From an uncultured Oscillospiraceae bacterium (GTDB lineage Bacteria; Bacillota; Clostridia; Oscillospirales; Oscillospiraceae), in the NCBI GenBank assembly GCA_947630345.1, contig CANRHF010000001.1, forward strand, positions 5,341 to 69,340: a stretch of 64,000 nucleotides of DNA, read 5' to 3'. Below, piece by piece: positions 18,576 through 26,231 of the stretch. A model generated the notes under the pieces. The model did no database searches. It saw nothing but the letters and a program-made list of their open reading frames with translations, and had not been told where the DNA came from. The position numbers and the translations under genes were made by a program. Position 1 is the stretch's first letter. Every line of letters begins with the position of its first letter.

Positions 18576-19877
18576 TCAGACCACCTCCATCGAATCCATC
18601 ATTTTCTCGAAAGCGGCGACGTCGGCTTTCGCCTGGGCCATGATTGCCTCCGGGCTGTTGGGGTCGGTCTCCTTGGTAGGAGCTGCCGGAGTCTGCACTT
18701 TGGCAATACCGCTATCCTTGTAGTCTGCGGCAGTGCTGTCCAGGTGCGCACTGCCCTGAGCTGCCTGGGCTTTCATTGCCCGGAATGCCAGCTCCTGGGC
18801 ACTGCAGGGGTTGCGGTACTTGGCGTCCTCCACCAGATTCTTATCCAGGATATTCGATGCGATCTCGTCGATGGCCTGGATACGGGCACGTTCCGCTGCC
18901 ACAAGATCTGCTTCCTGGGACAAAGTCGCAGATTGAGCGGCAGGAGTCGTAGAAGATGCAGCACTAGCTCCGCTCCCCGCAGAAGCTTTTGCCGCATTTT
19001 CGATCTGAGCCACCAAGTCAGGGTATTCGGCTCTCAGATCATCAATAGTTTTTGCCATTTGGTTTCCTCCTTCGTTGCCGGCGGTGGCCGGTGTAGTCTT
19101 TATTCCTTCCGCCGAAGCGGGAGAAAACAACGGAATATCGATGCTGGCCGGGATTGGACGGCCAGGTGTCGCCCAGACGGGCTGACCGCAGTAGTAAATT
19201 GTGCGGCGGTCCGCACTTGCTGCAATATCCGGAGCGGCGCCGTCAAGAAGTTCATCGGCAAAGCCTTTTTCTACAGCCTCTTGACCTGTCATATAGGTTT
19301 CATTGCCCATCATGGTCAGCAGTTCGGCCTCGGACAATCCAGTTTTGGTATGATAGATCGCGGCCTGCGCTCGATCCACTGTATCGTTGCGTTCCGCAGC
19401 CTTGCGCAGTTCATCGGCGTTCATAGCATCCCAGCAAAATGTCCAGCACTTATGAATCATTATCAGGCTGGATGGGTTCACCTTGATCGACTTGGCGGCG
19501 CACATAATGAGAGACCCGCCCGACATGGCGACACCGTCAATAATAGCGGTAATCTCCGCAGGCAGCTCTTTCAGGCGGTTATAGATGGTAATGGCATCGA
19601 AGGCGTTCCCTCCCACGCTATGGATGCGGATGGTAATCTTGGCGGCATTCTCGGCCTGCTTCAAATCCTGCAAAAACTCACTTAGGATGATGTAGTTCCC
19701 ATCCAACGGATTCCCGTGCAAGTCAGTAGGCCTCTGCTTTACGATGTCACCGTACAGCGTGATTTCTACCTCCGTATCGCTGACACGATCCATACAGTAT
19801 GGGGCGCTGGTGGCGGTTGTAACCGGTTCAGACGCCTTTGTTTTTGGGGGGCGCATAAAGTTGTTAAACGGATTCAT
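18576..19877 (-). CDS. ClpP-type prohead protease with scaffold C-terminus
   Basis: IHSVGG, IDGVAMSGGS, MIHK, ETYMTGQEAVEKGFAD; ERARIQAIDEI scaffold. Confidence 0.92.
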   Translation of the reverse strand: MNPFNNFMRPPKTKASEPVTTATSAPYCMDRVSDTEVEITLYGDIVKQRPTDLHGNPLDGNYIILSEFLQDLKQAENAAKITIRIHSVGGNAFDAITIYNRLKELPAEITAIIDGVAMSGGSLIMCAAKSIKVNPSSLIMIHKCWTFCWDAMNADELRKAAERNDTVDRAQAAIYHTKTGLSEAELLTMMGNETYMTGQEAVEKGFADELLDGAAPDIAASADRRTIYYCGQPVWATPGRPIPASIDIPLFSPASAEGIKTTPATAGNEGGNQMAKTIDDLRAEYPDLVAQIENAAKASAGSGASAASSTTPAAQSATLSQEADLVAAERARIQAIDEIASNILDKNLVEDAKYRNPCSAQELAFRAMKAQAAQGSAHLDSTAADYKDSGIAKVQTPAAPTKETDPNSPEAIMAQAKADVAAFEKMMDSMEVV

Positions 19878-21469
19878 TTGTCGTCTCCTTCCTGGCTGAC
19901 CTTTGCCACATCCGGGTCGCTGTTTCCCTGGGAGTTTTCCAACATATTGGTGGTGCCTCTAACCTCGCCCAAGCGTATCTTCTCTCGCCCTAGCTGGTCC
20001 ATGTTTTCCTCCCAGTCGCCGCCATCCAACTCGACGGTGGCCTGCTCATGAGTTTTGAAGCCCTCATGGACGGCTTCGATAGCCGCCTTGACCTCCTTGC
20101 TCGGGTCGATCTGGCTCTGGGCAGGGCCTATCCATTTGGCCCCACAATACGCCGCCCGGATGCGGGGGTCAACAAAAAAGCCCGGGGCGCTGATGCGTCC
20201 TCGGGCCACGGCCTCGGCCAGCCAGACCTCATAGACCGGCTGACACAGACTGTCCACAAGCCAGGTCCGCTTCTTTCGGAAAAAGCGGTATGCCTCCAGG
20301 AGCGCGCCCCGGCTGGCGGAATAGCTGGAATTGAACTCTTTGAGCAGAACGTCCCGGGGGATCTCCAGGGCGGCGCCTATCTGCGTGGCCACGGATTTGA
20401 CAAAGGCATCAAAGCCGTTTGTGGGGATATTGGGGTTACCAAAGTTGACCTTTTCCCCCGGCTTCAAATGAATAACCTGCCCGGCTCCCATCTCATACTC
20501 GTTGGTGTCGTGGCTGATCTCCGAATCTCCCCGTTCCTCGCCCACCTCATTGGTCGGGAACAGGGACGGGTCAGTTTCCGTCTCGATCCAGGCCGTGAAG
20601 AACGACTGCACCAGTGCCGCCATCAGCTCGGACTCCGTGTAACGGCGGATCTGCAGTAGCTGCTCGATGATAGGGGCGAGAAATGTAACGCCTCGGTACT
20701 GGCCAATGCGTTCCGGGTCCACAATGTGCAGCACATTCGGAAGGCCGGTCCGCTTGCCGTATGCCTCTACCCGTACCCACTCCCGGGGCCGCCCGATCTG
20801 GGTCAGCTCAAACGGATAGTGGTTGCAGATGTGATAGGCGACGATGGCTGTGGTGTTCTTATCCACCTCCACGCCATCGTAGATGTAGTTGCCATTGGGA
20901 GCGGTACCCTCCGTGATGGTCCCGGGCATGACGCCCATGGTGTCAGGGGTAGATACCAGATCCGCCTCCACCAGTTTCACCCGCAGACCATAGGGAGAGA
21001 TTGTGGTCACTCCCACATGGGGGAGCAGGGCCACGCAGTCGCCAGACATGAGCGCAGACGCAAGGGCCAGTTGCTGAATGCCATTGAAGTTGCACATCCC
21101 CGTGGCATCGCAGTTCTGCTTTTTTTCGGACCACAGCCTCCACTCGGCTTCGGTGGTCCTCTGCCACGCCCGGGCCTGTTCCGGCGTCATGCCCAGGGCT
21201 TCCTGGTCTACATGGGATTTCAATTTTAGTCCGATTCCTACGACGTTGGTGCAAGTGGTGCGGATGGCACTCGTGGCAATGGGCGAGGCCATGTAGAGCA
21301 TCCTACCTCTCTGCCGCAGAGTGAAATTATGCATATCGATGTCGTCCCTGGGGCTGCCGGACCTGGCGATAAATGCCGCAAGGGCCCGTCGGACGTAGCT
21401 TGCACCGGCATCGCCGTAGCCCATGGCCTGGGGGGCTGCTTTGGTCGTGCGGATCTCCGTATTGTCCAC
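19874..21469 (-). CDS. Portal protein, lambda family (start codon uncertain)
   Basis: LRQRGRMLY, GQYRGV, SSYSASRGALLE, IDPSKEV. Confidence 0.93.
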   Translation of the reverse strand: MDNTEIRTTKAAPQAMGYGDAGASYVRRALAAFIARSGSPRDDIDMHNFTLRQRGRMLYMASPIATSAIRTTCTNVVGIGLKLKSHVDQEALGMTPEQARAWQRTTEAEWRLWSEKKQNCDATGMCNFNGIQQLALASALMSGDCVALLPHVGVTTISPYGLRVKLVEADLVSTPDTMGVMPGTITEGTAPNGNYIYDGVEVDKNTTAIVAYHICNHYPFELTQIGRPREWVRVEAYGKRTGLPNVLHIVDPERIGQYRGVTFLAPIIEQLLQIRRYTESELMAALVQSFFTAWIETETDPSLFPTNEVGEERGDSEISHDTNEYEMGAGQVIHLKPGEKVNFGNPNIPTNGFDAFVKSVATQIGAALEIPRDVLLKEFNSSYSASRGALLEAYRFFRKKRTWLVDSLCQPVYEVWLAEAVARGRISAPGFFVDPRIRAAYCGAKWIGPAQSQIDPSKEVKAAIEAVHEGFKTHEQATVELDGGDWEENMDQLGREKIRLGEVRGTTNMLENSQGNSDPDVAKVSQEGDDK

Positions 21470-21489
21470 CTCCTCGGATAAATTATTAA

Positions 21490-21562
21490 GGGTGCCCGGC
21501 GGGGTAAAAGGAACGAAACCCCCGCAGGGCATCCGGTAAAGCCCCTTCCGGAGCTGTTACCC
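21490..21562 (-). promoter_or_regulatory. Two-hairpin structured leader upstream of portal
   Basis: GGTAACAGCTCC/GGGGCTTTACC and GGATGCCC..GCGGGG/CCCCGC..GGGCACCC stems, the second with a pyrimidine-rich loop. Confidence 0.45.
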
Positions 21563-21566
21563 GTAG

Positions 21567-21830
21567 CTACCAGTCCCGAGGGACTACTCCCACAGACCGG
21601 CGGGGCCGCTGGCCGTCGGCAAGGGCCTCCAGCTCGGCGATTTCGTCCTCCAGCCGCTTGATCATGGCTTGGATGTCGTCAAGATCCGTGCTGTACCTCT
21701 GCAGATTCCGGGACCCGATGCCGTAGCTTTGCACTGCGCCTGGGGAGAGCATATATTTCTCACGCTCCAGGTACATCTGCAGGCGCTCCCGCTTCATATT
21801 CAGTTTTACGGTGATCTCTGTCCTGGTCAT
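21567..21830 (-). CDS. Head completion protein (gpW-like)
   Basis: QSYGIGSRNLQR and VVPRDW; between TerL and portal. Confidence 0.8.
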   Translation of the reverse strand: MTRTEITVKLNMKRERLQMYLEREKYMLSPGAVQSYGIGSRNLQRYSTDLDDIQAMIKRLEDEIAELEALADGQRPRRSVGVVPRDW

Positions 21831-21840
21831 TTCGATCTCC

Positions 21841-23760
21841 TTACCATTCGTTGAAGTATCTGTCTATGCCTCCGGTCTTCCGCCTGGGCTGGGGCTGGGC
21901 GGCCCGGCGCTTTGGAGGTGGCTTTTGGCCGCCGTCAGCTAGGGCGCTCAGGCGCTGCGCAATTGCATCCAGATCCGCCCCAGTCGCCTTGAATGCAGCG
22001 TTGGCGTAGTTCCGGCAGTCGAGGGCCTCGTTCCGCTCGTGGCCGGGAATTTTCTCCCACACCCACGGATTTTGGCGTCCCTGCTTATAGACTAAGCGCT
22101 CAGATAACAGACCCGCGAAAAATTCTGTGCCATATCCAAGATCTTGATTCCTCGGAAAATGGTAGTACTTCGCGCCCGGTTCACGGACTCGCAAGGAATC
22201 CATTATGGACTGCTTTCCCGAATCCACGCCAAGGGTATATAGCCAGCACTGGCCGATGTAACGGCCTTTAATGACGATGTTCGTTTTCTTGGGCGGTGAC
22301 GTATAGGGGACGCCTTCACCGCCACGGCCTTTAATCGCAAAAACTTTTCGGTACATTCTGTCACGACAAGCGGAATAGACATCCTGGGTATAGTGACCGC
22401 CGCTGTCCACGAAAGTCGTGGAGATTTTCAGCTTCACGCCGTTGGCGAAGCTATACTGGTGGTCCACGATGTCGTCCAGTGCCTGCCACACATTGGCGGT
22501 ATCAGGTCGGCCCATGATGACGCCCCGCTTAATACCCCACTTTTCACCCCACCGGCCGTGCCCCACGACCTCATATTCAAGCCGGTCGTCCTGGGTATCC
22601 ACACCGCAGGTCAGCACCAGGACGCCATTCGGGAGCTCTGCATCGTAAGTCTCCCTCCGTCCCATGATGCTCTCTTCATCCTCCAGATCGCCACGGTCCT
22701 CCCACAGTTCCCCAAACTTGGTGTTGTAGACTACCTGCAGCTTTTCCGAATTGCCCAGGGCCTCCAGATAGGCCAGGATAAGCGAGGCCCAGGATGCCCA
22801 AGGGGAGGAAAAGGCATTAAGCCAAAAAGAGCGCACCCCGTTGGCGTAGGCAGCAGGATTGGCAGCTACCCACTTGGCGGGTTGCGCTTTCATTTCTCTT
22901 TCGGAGTGCGGTGTTTCGCAGGAGGGGCAGACCCAAGATACGCTTCTGACGGTGTAGTGCTTCTTGCCCCGGATCTCGGTGGCGTCGTATTCAAAGCGGA
23001 TGTCGTTAAACACGATATCGTGGTACTCGCCGCACTCCGGGCATCGGTGGTGCCACCGCTCCTGGGTACCGGTGTTGTAAAGGTCGGCAATGGCACTATG
23101 CCCCTTGATGGTGGGGGTGGACACAGCCAGCGACTTTGCATTGTAGAACGTCGTTTGGCGTGCTTTTGCCAGCTCCCAAGGGCTGCCCTCCTTGCCAGCA
23201 CTCCCGGCCCAGCGGTCTAACTCATCTCCGATGACATAGCGGACAGGTGTGGAGGCGAGGGCCGATGCGCTGTTGGAACCGCATATTGTCAGCATTCCAC
23301 CCGGAAAGGACTTTTGGAGAATTGTGTTGTTGCTGTCCCTGCTCTTTGGGTCTGCCACCTTGGAACGCAGGGTGTAGCAGTCCCTCACCATGGGGGCGAC
23401 GCGGAGCTTGGAGAACTTCTTGGCATCGTCAATGGTGGGCTGGATATAGAGGATGCTTCCGGGGTCCTGGTCGATGATATAGCCGATGGAGTTCAGCTCA
23501 AACTCGGACTTGCCTACCTGGGACGACGCCACCATGACCAGGAGCTTTACTTTTGGGTCGGTGACGGCGTCCATTGGCTCCTTTAGGTAGGGGGTCCGGG
23601 AGGTGCGCCACGGACCAGGCTCGGCGGAACTCTCCGGGGAGAGGCGGCGCTTTTTGTCGGCCCACTGCGTGACGGTTATGTCCTCGGGCGGGGTGAACGA
23701 GGCGATTGTCCCTGAAATAGCCGCATTCAGCTTATCCGCTTCGCTACTGTATGTCCTCAT
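21841..23760 (-). CDS. Terminase large subunit (lambda GpA family)
   Basis: SSQVGKSE Walker A, IGDELD Walker B, STPT, CPECG, GVDTQDDR, NEALDC. Confidence 0.96.
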   Translation of the reverse strand: MRTYSSEADKLNAAISGTIASFTPPEDITVTQWADKKRRLSPESSAEPGPWRTSRTPYLKEPMDAVTDPKVKLLVMVASSQVGKSEFELNSIGYIIDQDPGSILYIQPTIDDAKKFSKLRVAPMVRDCYTLRSKVADPKSRDSNNTILQKSFPGGMLTICGSNSASALASTPVRYVIGDELDRWAGSAGKEGSPWELAKARQTTFYNAKSLAVSTPTIKGHSAIADLYNTGTQERWHHRCPECGEYHDIVFNDIRFEYDATEIRGKKHYTVRSVSWVCPSCETPHSEREMKAQPAKWVAANPAAYANGVRSFWLNAFSSPWASWASLILAYLEALGNSEKLQVVYNTKFGELWEDRGDLEDEESIMGRRETYDAELPNGVLVLTCGVDTQDDRLEYEVVGHGRWGEKWGIKRGVIMGRPDTANVWQALDDIVDHQYSFANGVKLKISTTFVDSGGHYTQDVYSACRDRMYRKVFAIKGRGGEGVPYTSPPKKTNIVIKGRYIGQCWLYTLGVDSGKQSIMDSLRVREPGAKYYHFPRNQDLGYGTEFFAGLLSERLVYKQGRQNPWVWEKIPGHERNEALDCRNYANAAFKATGADLDAIAQRLSALADGGQKPPPKRRAAQPQPRRKTGGIDRYFNEW

Positions 23761-24322
23761 CCGTGTCCATCCATTTCTGCCGCTCGTTCACCAGCTTTTC
23801 ATAGGCAGCGGGGTCGTACCTGAAGTTGGACAGTTCTTCCAGGACAGCGTTGACCTCCCGGCGTATCAACACAGAAGCCTCAGCGGCATCACTGACACCA
23901 GCCACGTCCACGGCCAGACGGCCGGGCAGCGCCACGAGCATCCCCCGGATAGTGAACACCAACTGCTGGTTCATGGCCTCTACATCCTCGGAGCGGTGCA
24001 TTTTTCCTTGGAGCTCGGCCAACTCCAACTCGGCATATTCTGCCCGGGCCTCCTTAATGCGGACCTCGGCGGCAAGTTTCTGCTGCTCCTTCTCAGCCGC
24101 GGCGTCGTCCTTGTCGCTTCGCCCCGCCGCTTTCTCCCGCAAATACTTGACATAGGAGCGGGTGGCCTCGACCACGTTGTACCGGGGGCCCACCTCAGTG
24201 TCGTGCTTACGAAGAATCCCGTTCTTGGTTAGCTCCCCTACCCATTGAGCTGTGATGTCAAAGAGATTCGCCAGAACGGCCGTACTGCAATACCCGGCTG
24301 GTTCAGGCTTCTTCTGGGCCAT
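23744..24322 (-). CDS. Terminase small subunit (Nu1-like)
   Basis: N-terminal wHTH and coiled coil; AAGGAG RBS before ATG 24322. Confidence 0.85.
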   Translation of the reverse strand: MAQKKPEPAGYCSTAVLANLFDITAQWVGELTKNGILRKHDTEVGPRYNVVEATRSYVKYLREKAAGRSDKDDAAAEKEQQKLAAEVRIKEARAEYAELELAELQGKMHRSEDVEAMNQQLVFTIRGMLVALPGRLAVDVAGVSDAAEASVLIRREVNAVLEELSNFRYDPAAYEKLVNERQKWMDTDEDIQ

Positions 24323-24373
24323 TCTGATCAACTCCTTCACCGATATATTAACTGCTGATCGCAGATTATAATC

Positions 24374-24507
24374 ACAATATCCATTAACAGGCTGCTACCC
24401 GCACCCAGAATACACTCCGGCCTTGTCCAATGACAAGGACAGCCGGAACCATGCACCTCATCCTCGCCTCTCCCGTCCACGGGTACACAACCTGTCATGG
24501 ATACCAC
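24374..24507 (-). ncRNA. Candidate rod-like structured RNA
   Basis: Nested stems GTGGTATCCATGACAGGTTG/CAGCCTGTTAATGGATATTGT, TACCCGT/GCGGGTA, TCCGG/CCGGA, CCTTGTC/GACAAGG; G-U pairs favour the minus strand. Confidence 0.45.
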
Positions 24508-24662
24508 GGTACTTTCCAGCCCTCCGCCGGTGTCGTCGGTCGGAACCGTTATCAAACATCATTACTGGCCGGGTCCAGCCCAACTATAATTGCATCCCAC
24601 CGTGTACGCACCACGCATGGGTCAGATCCGTTCGCTGTGCTCCGCCGGTGGAATCATACCGC

Positions 24663-24736
24663 TGGTGGTCGAAGATGGTGCCGATCCATCGTCAGACGAT
24701 TATAAGTCGCCCGCTCTGCCGTTGAGCTATTCGACC
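24663..24736 (-). tRNA. tRNA-Ile (anticodon UAU), atypical T-loop
   Basis: Cloverleaf GGTCGAA/TTCGACC, D arm GCTC/GAGC, anticodon loop CTTATAA, T arm GATGG/CCATC with loop ATCGGCA, encoded ACCA. Confidence 0.8.
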
Positions 24737-24848
24737 GAGTTGCGGGGTCACATCCCTTTTGCGCCTATCGACCCCGCTAGGTTTTTGTGGCTACCACACC
24801 AGCGCCGGAATGCCGGCCGCAAACATCATCAAACGGTGTGGACGGGTT

Positions 24849-24924
24849 TGGTGGCGCATGGGGGATTTGAACCCGCCGATACCGGATTGAAAGTCCGCTG
24901 ACTTGACCGCTTGTCTAATGCGCC
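24849..24924 (-). tRNA. tRNA-Glu (anticodon UUC)
   Basis: GGCGCAT/ATGCGCC acceptor, anticodon loop CTTTCAA, GTTCAAATC T-loop, ACCA end; single mismatches in anticodon and T stems. Confidence 0.85.
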
Positions 24925-25139
24925 ATATTATAGACCATCTGTTTACCACATTGGCGATTGGACCCGCTTTCCCTTGGGTCCTGTCTCCCCCCTGGCTGTT
25001 GCATTATGACTCAGGTATTTCTCCCACCTCCACACCACCGAATGCGCCCCTGGCCATCAAGGCGCCCCCCTATCTGACCTATAAGGGTCTAAAAACATGG
25101 TGCCCCCGCCCGGCTCCCGCACCGACCGGAGACATATAA

Positions 25140-25348
25140 AGTGTGCGGGCAGAGAATTTCACTCTGCACGGTTGGAGTTTTAGGTTATTCTTACGATTAC
25201 CCTCTGCCTTGTCACCATTCAGGTGGAGAATAAATTCTGGCCTACTCAAGGATCATTTTACAGGGCACCCAATCTGGCTTTCGCCACGCTATCCCCAACC
25301 AACCTAAAAGAAGCATCACTTTAGCGTCTTATTCCGCCACCGCACACT
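25140..25348 (-). ncRNA. tRNA-like RNA with ~150-nt structured insert replacing the anticodon arm
   Basis: 9-bp terminal stem AGTGTGCGG/CCGCACACT, Leu-type D arm TGGCGGAATAAGACGC, T-like arm GCAGAG-TGAAATT-CTCTGC. Confidence 0.55.
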
Positions 25349-25386
25349 GTCCCCCGGCTCTCACGGGTGGCACGTCTGCCAGCGTT

Positions 25387-25453
25387 CCCTTTCAGCGGGG
25401 CTCGAACCCGCACCGACCTTTCTGGTCTGCGCTACCAATTATGCAATGAAAGG
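25387..25453 (-). ncRNA. tRNA-like RNA with truncated anticodon arm
   Basis: CCTTTCA/TGAAAGG acceptor, D loop AATTGGTA, short GACC-AGAAA-GGTC arm, perfect GCGGG-TTCGAGC-CCCGC T arm. Confidence 0.65.
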
Positions 25454-25706
25454 ATGTATTGTTTGCGGCTGGTTTCAAGTAAATTCCTTGAAAAAATTTT
25501 TTCCGTAACTAGATGTTTTTTGGGGTCGAAGAGCCCTCATGAGATGGGCCGGGTCCTCACAGTACCTTTTTGGGCACGCTTGGACCCGGCTTCGCTCGTA
25601 ATTTGGCGCTGCATACCGCATTGGGCGTTGAACGCATTTATTTGTGCGTCATGCAGACCGTTTGCCTTATTGCATATTGACTTCACGCATAGGCGATCTC
25701 ATAGGC

Positions 25707-26231
25707 TTAGATGGTGGTATATATCTCCGCCTTGCTGTAAGTTGTCTTTCCTTTGACCATCATTTCCAAGAAGTCTTCTCGAGAGAAGTCAGATAGCCTG
25801 AATACCTCCTCCGGCCTCATCCCCAGCTGCTTCCCGATCTCCTGCACCGTCTTGCCTTCTGCCATTAAGCGCTTCACAATCGCTTTCATCGGCTCTAGCA
25901 AGTGCGTACCTCTGGCCCTATTGTGGGTGACTGTGCCATAAACATCTTCGCTCGGGTCTTCGTGGCATACCTTCACCACAGGGACCTTGCCATCTAGCAT
26001 GGACAGCAGCGGTTCTTCTCCAGCGACGGTCCATCTGTGGAAGCCGTCGATAATGGTATAATCAGGTCGTACAACAATCGGTAACGTCCAGCCGTTGGTA
26101 AGGATGGATTGGGTCAGGAGCTTCAGGTTCTCCCGGCTTACCTTGTTGGGGTTGTAGTCATTGGGCTTGAGCAGGGTACGATCCACCCACTCCAGGGTGG
26201 ACAGAGGGGCCGTCAGTTTCACATCAGCCAT
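25707..26231 (-). CDS. ParB/Srx-fold protein, IbrB/YbdM-like
   Basis: PNDYNPNKV, IIDGFHRW, TVTHNRARG, C-terminal HTH; ATG 26231 overlaps upstream gene. Confidence 0.88.
   Translation of the reverse strand: MADVKLTAPLSTLEWVDRTLLKPNDYNPNKVSRENLKLLTQSILTNGWTLPIVVRPDYTIIDGFHRWTVAGEEPLLSMLDGKVPVVKVCHEDPSEDVYGTVTHNRARGTHLLEPMKAIVKRLMAEGKTVQEIGKQLGMRPEEVFRLSDFSREDFLEMMVKGKTTYSKAEIYTTI

Noticed and set aside
24600-24662. HDV-like (theta) ribozyme directly after the tRNA-Ile 3' end
   Set aside because: Could not build the nested P1/P2/P3 double pseudoknot from the sequence
25168-25325. Group I intron or true tmRNA as explanation of the tRNA insert
   Set aside because: Too short, no recognisable P7 core or split anticodon loop, no tag reading frame and no canonical T-loop
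24337-25756. Short ORFs called across the RNA cluster
   Set aside because: They overlap tRNAs and structured RNAs and lack RBS or recognisable motifs
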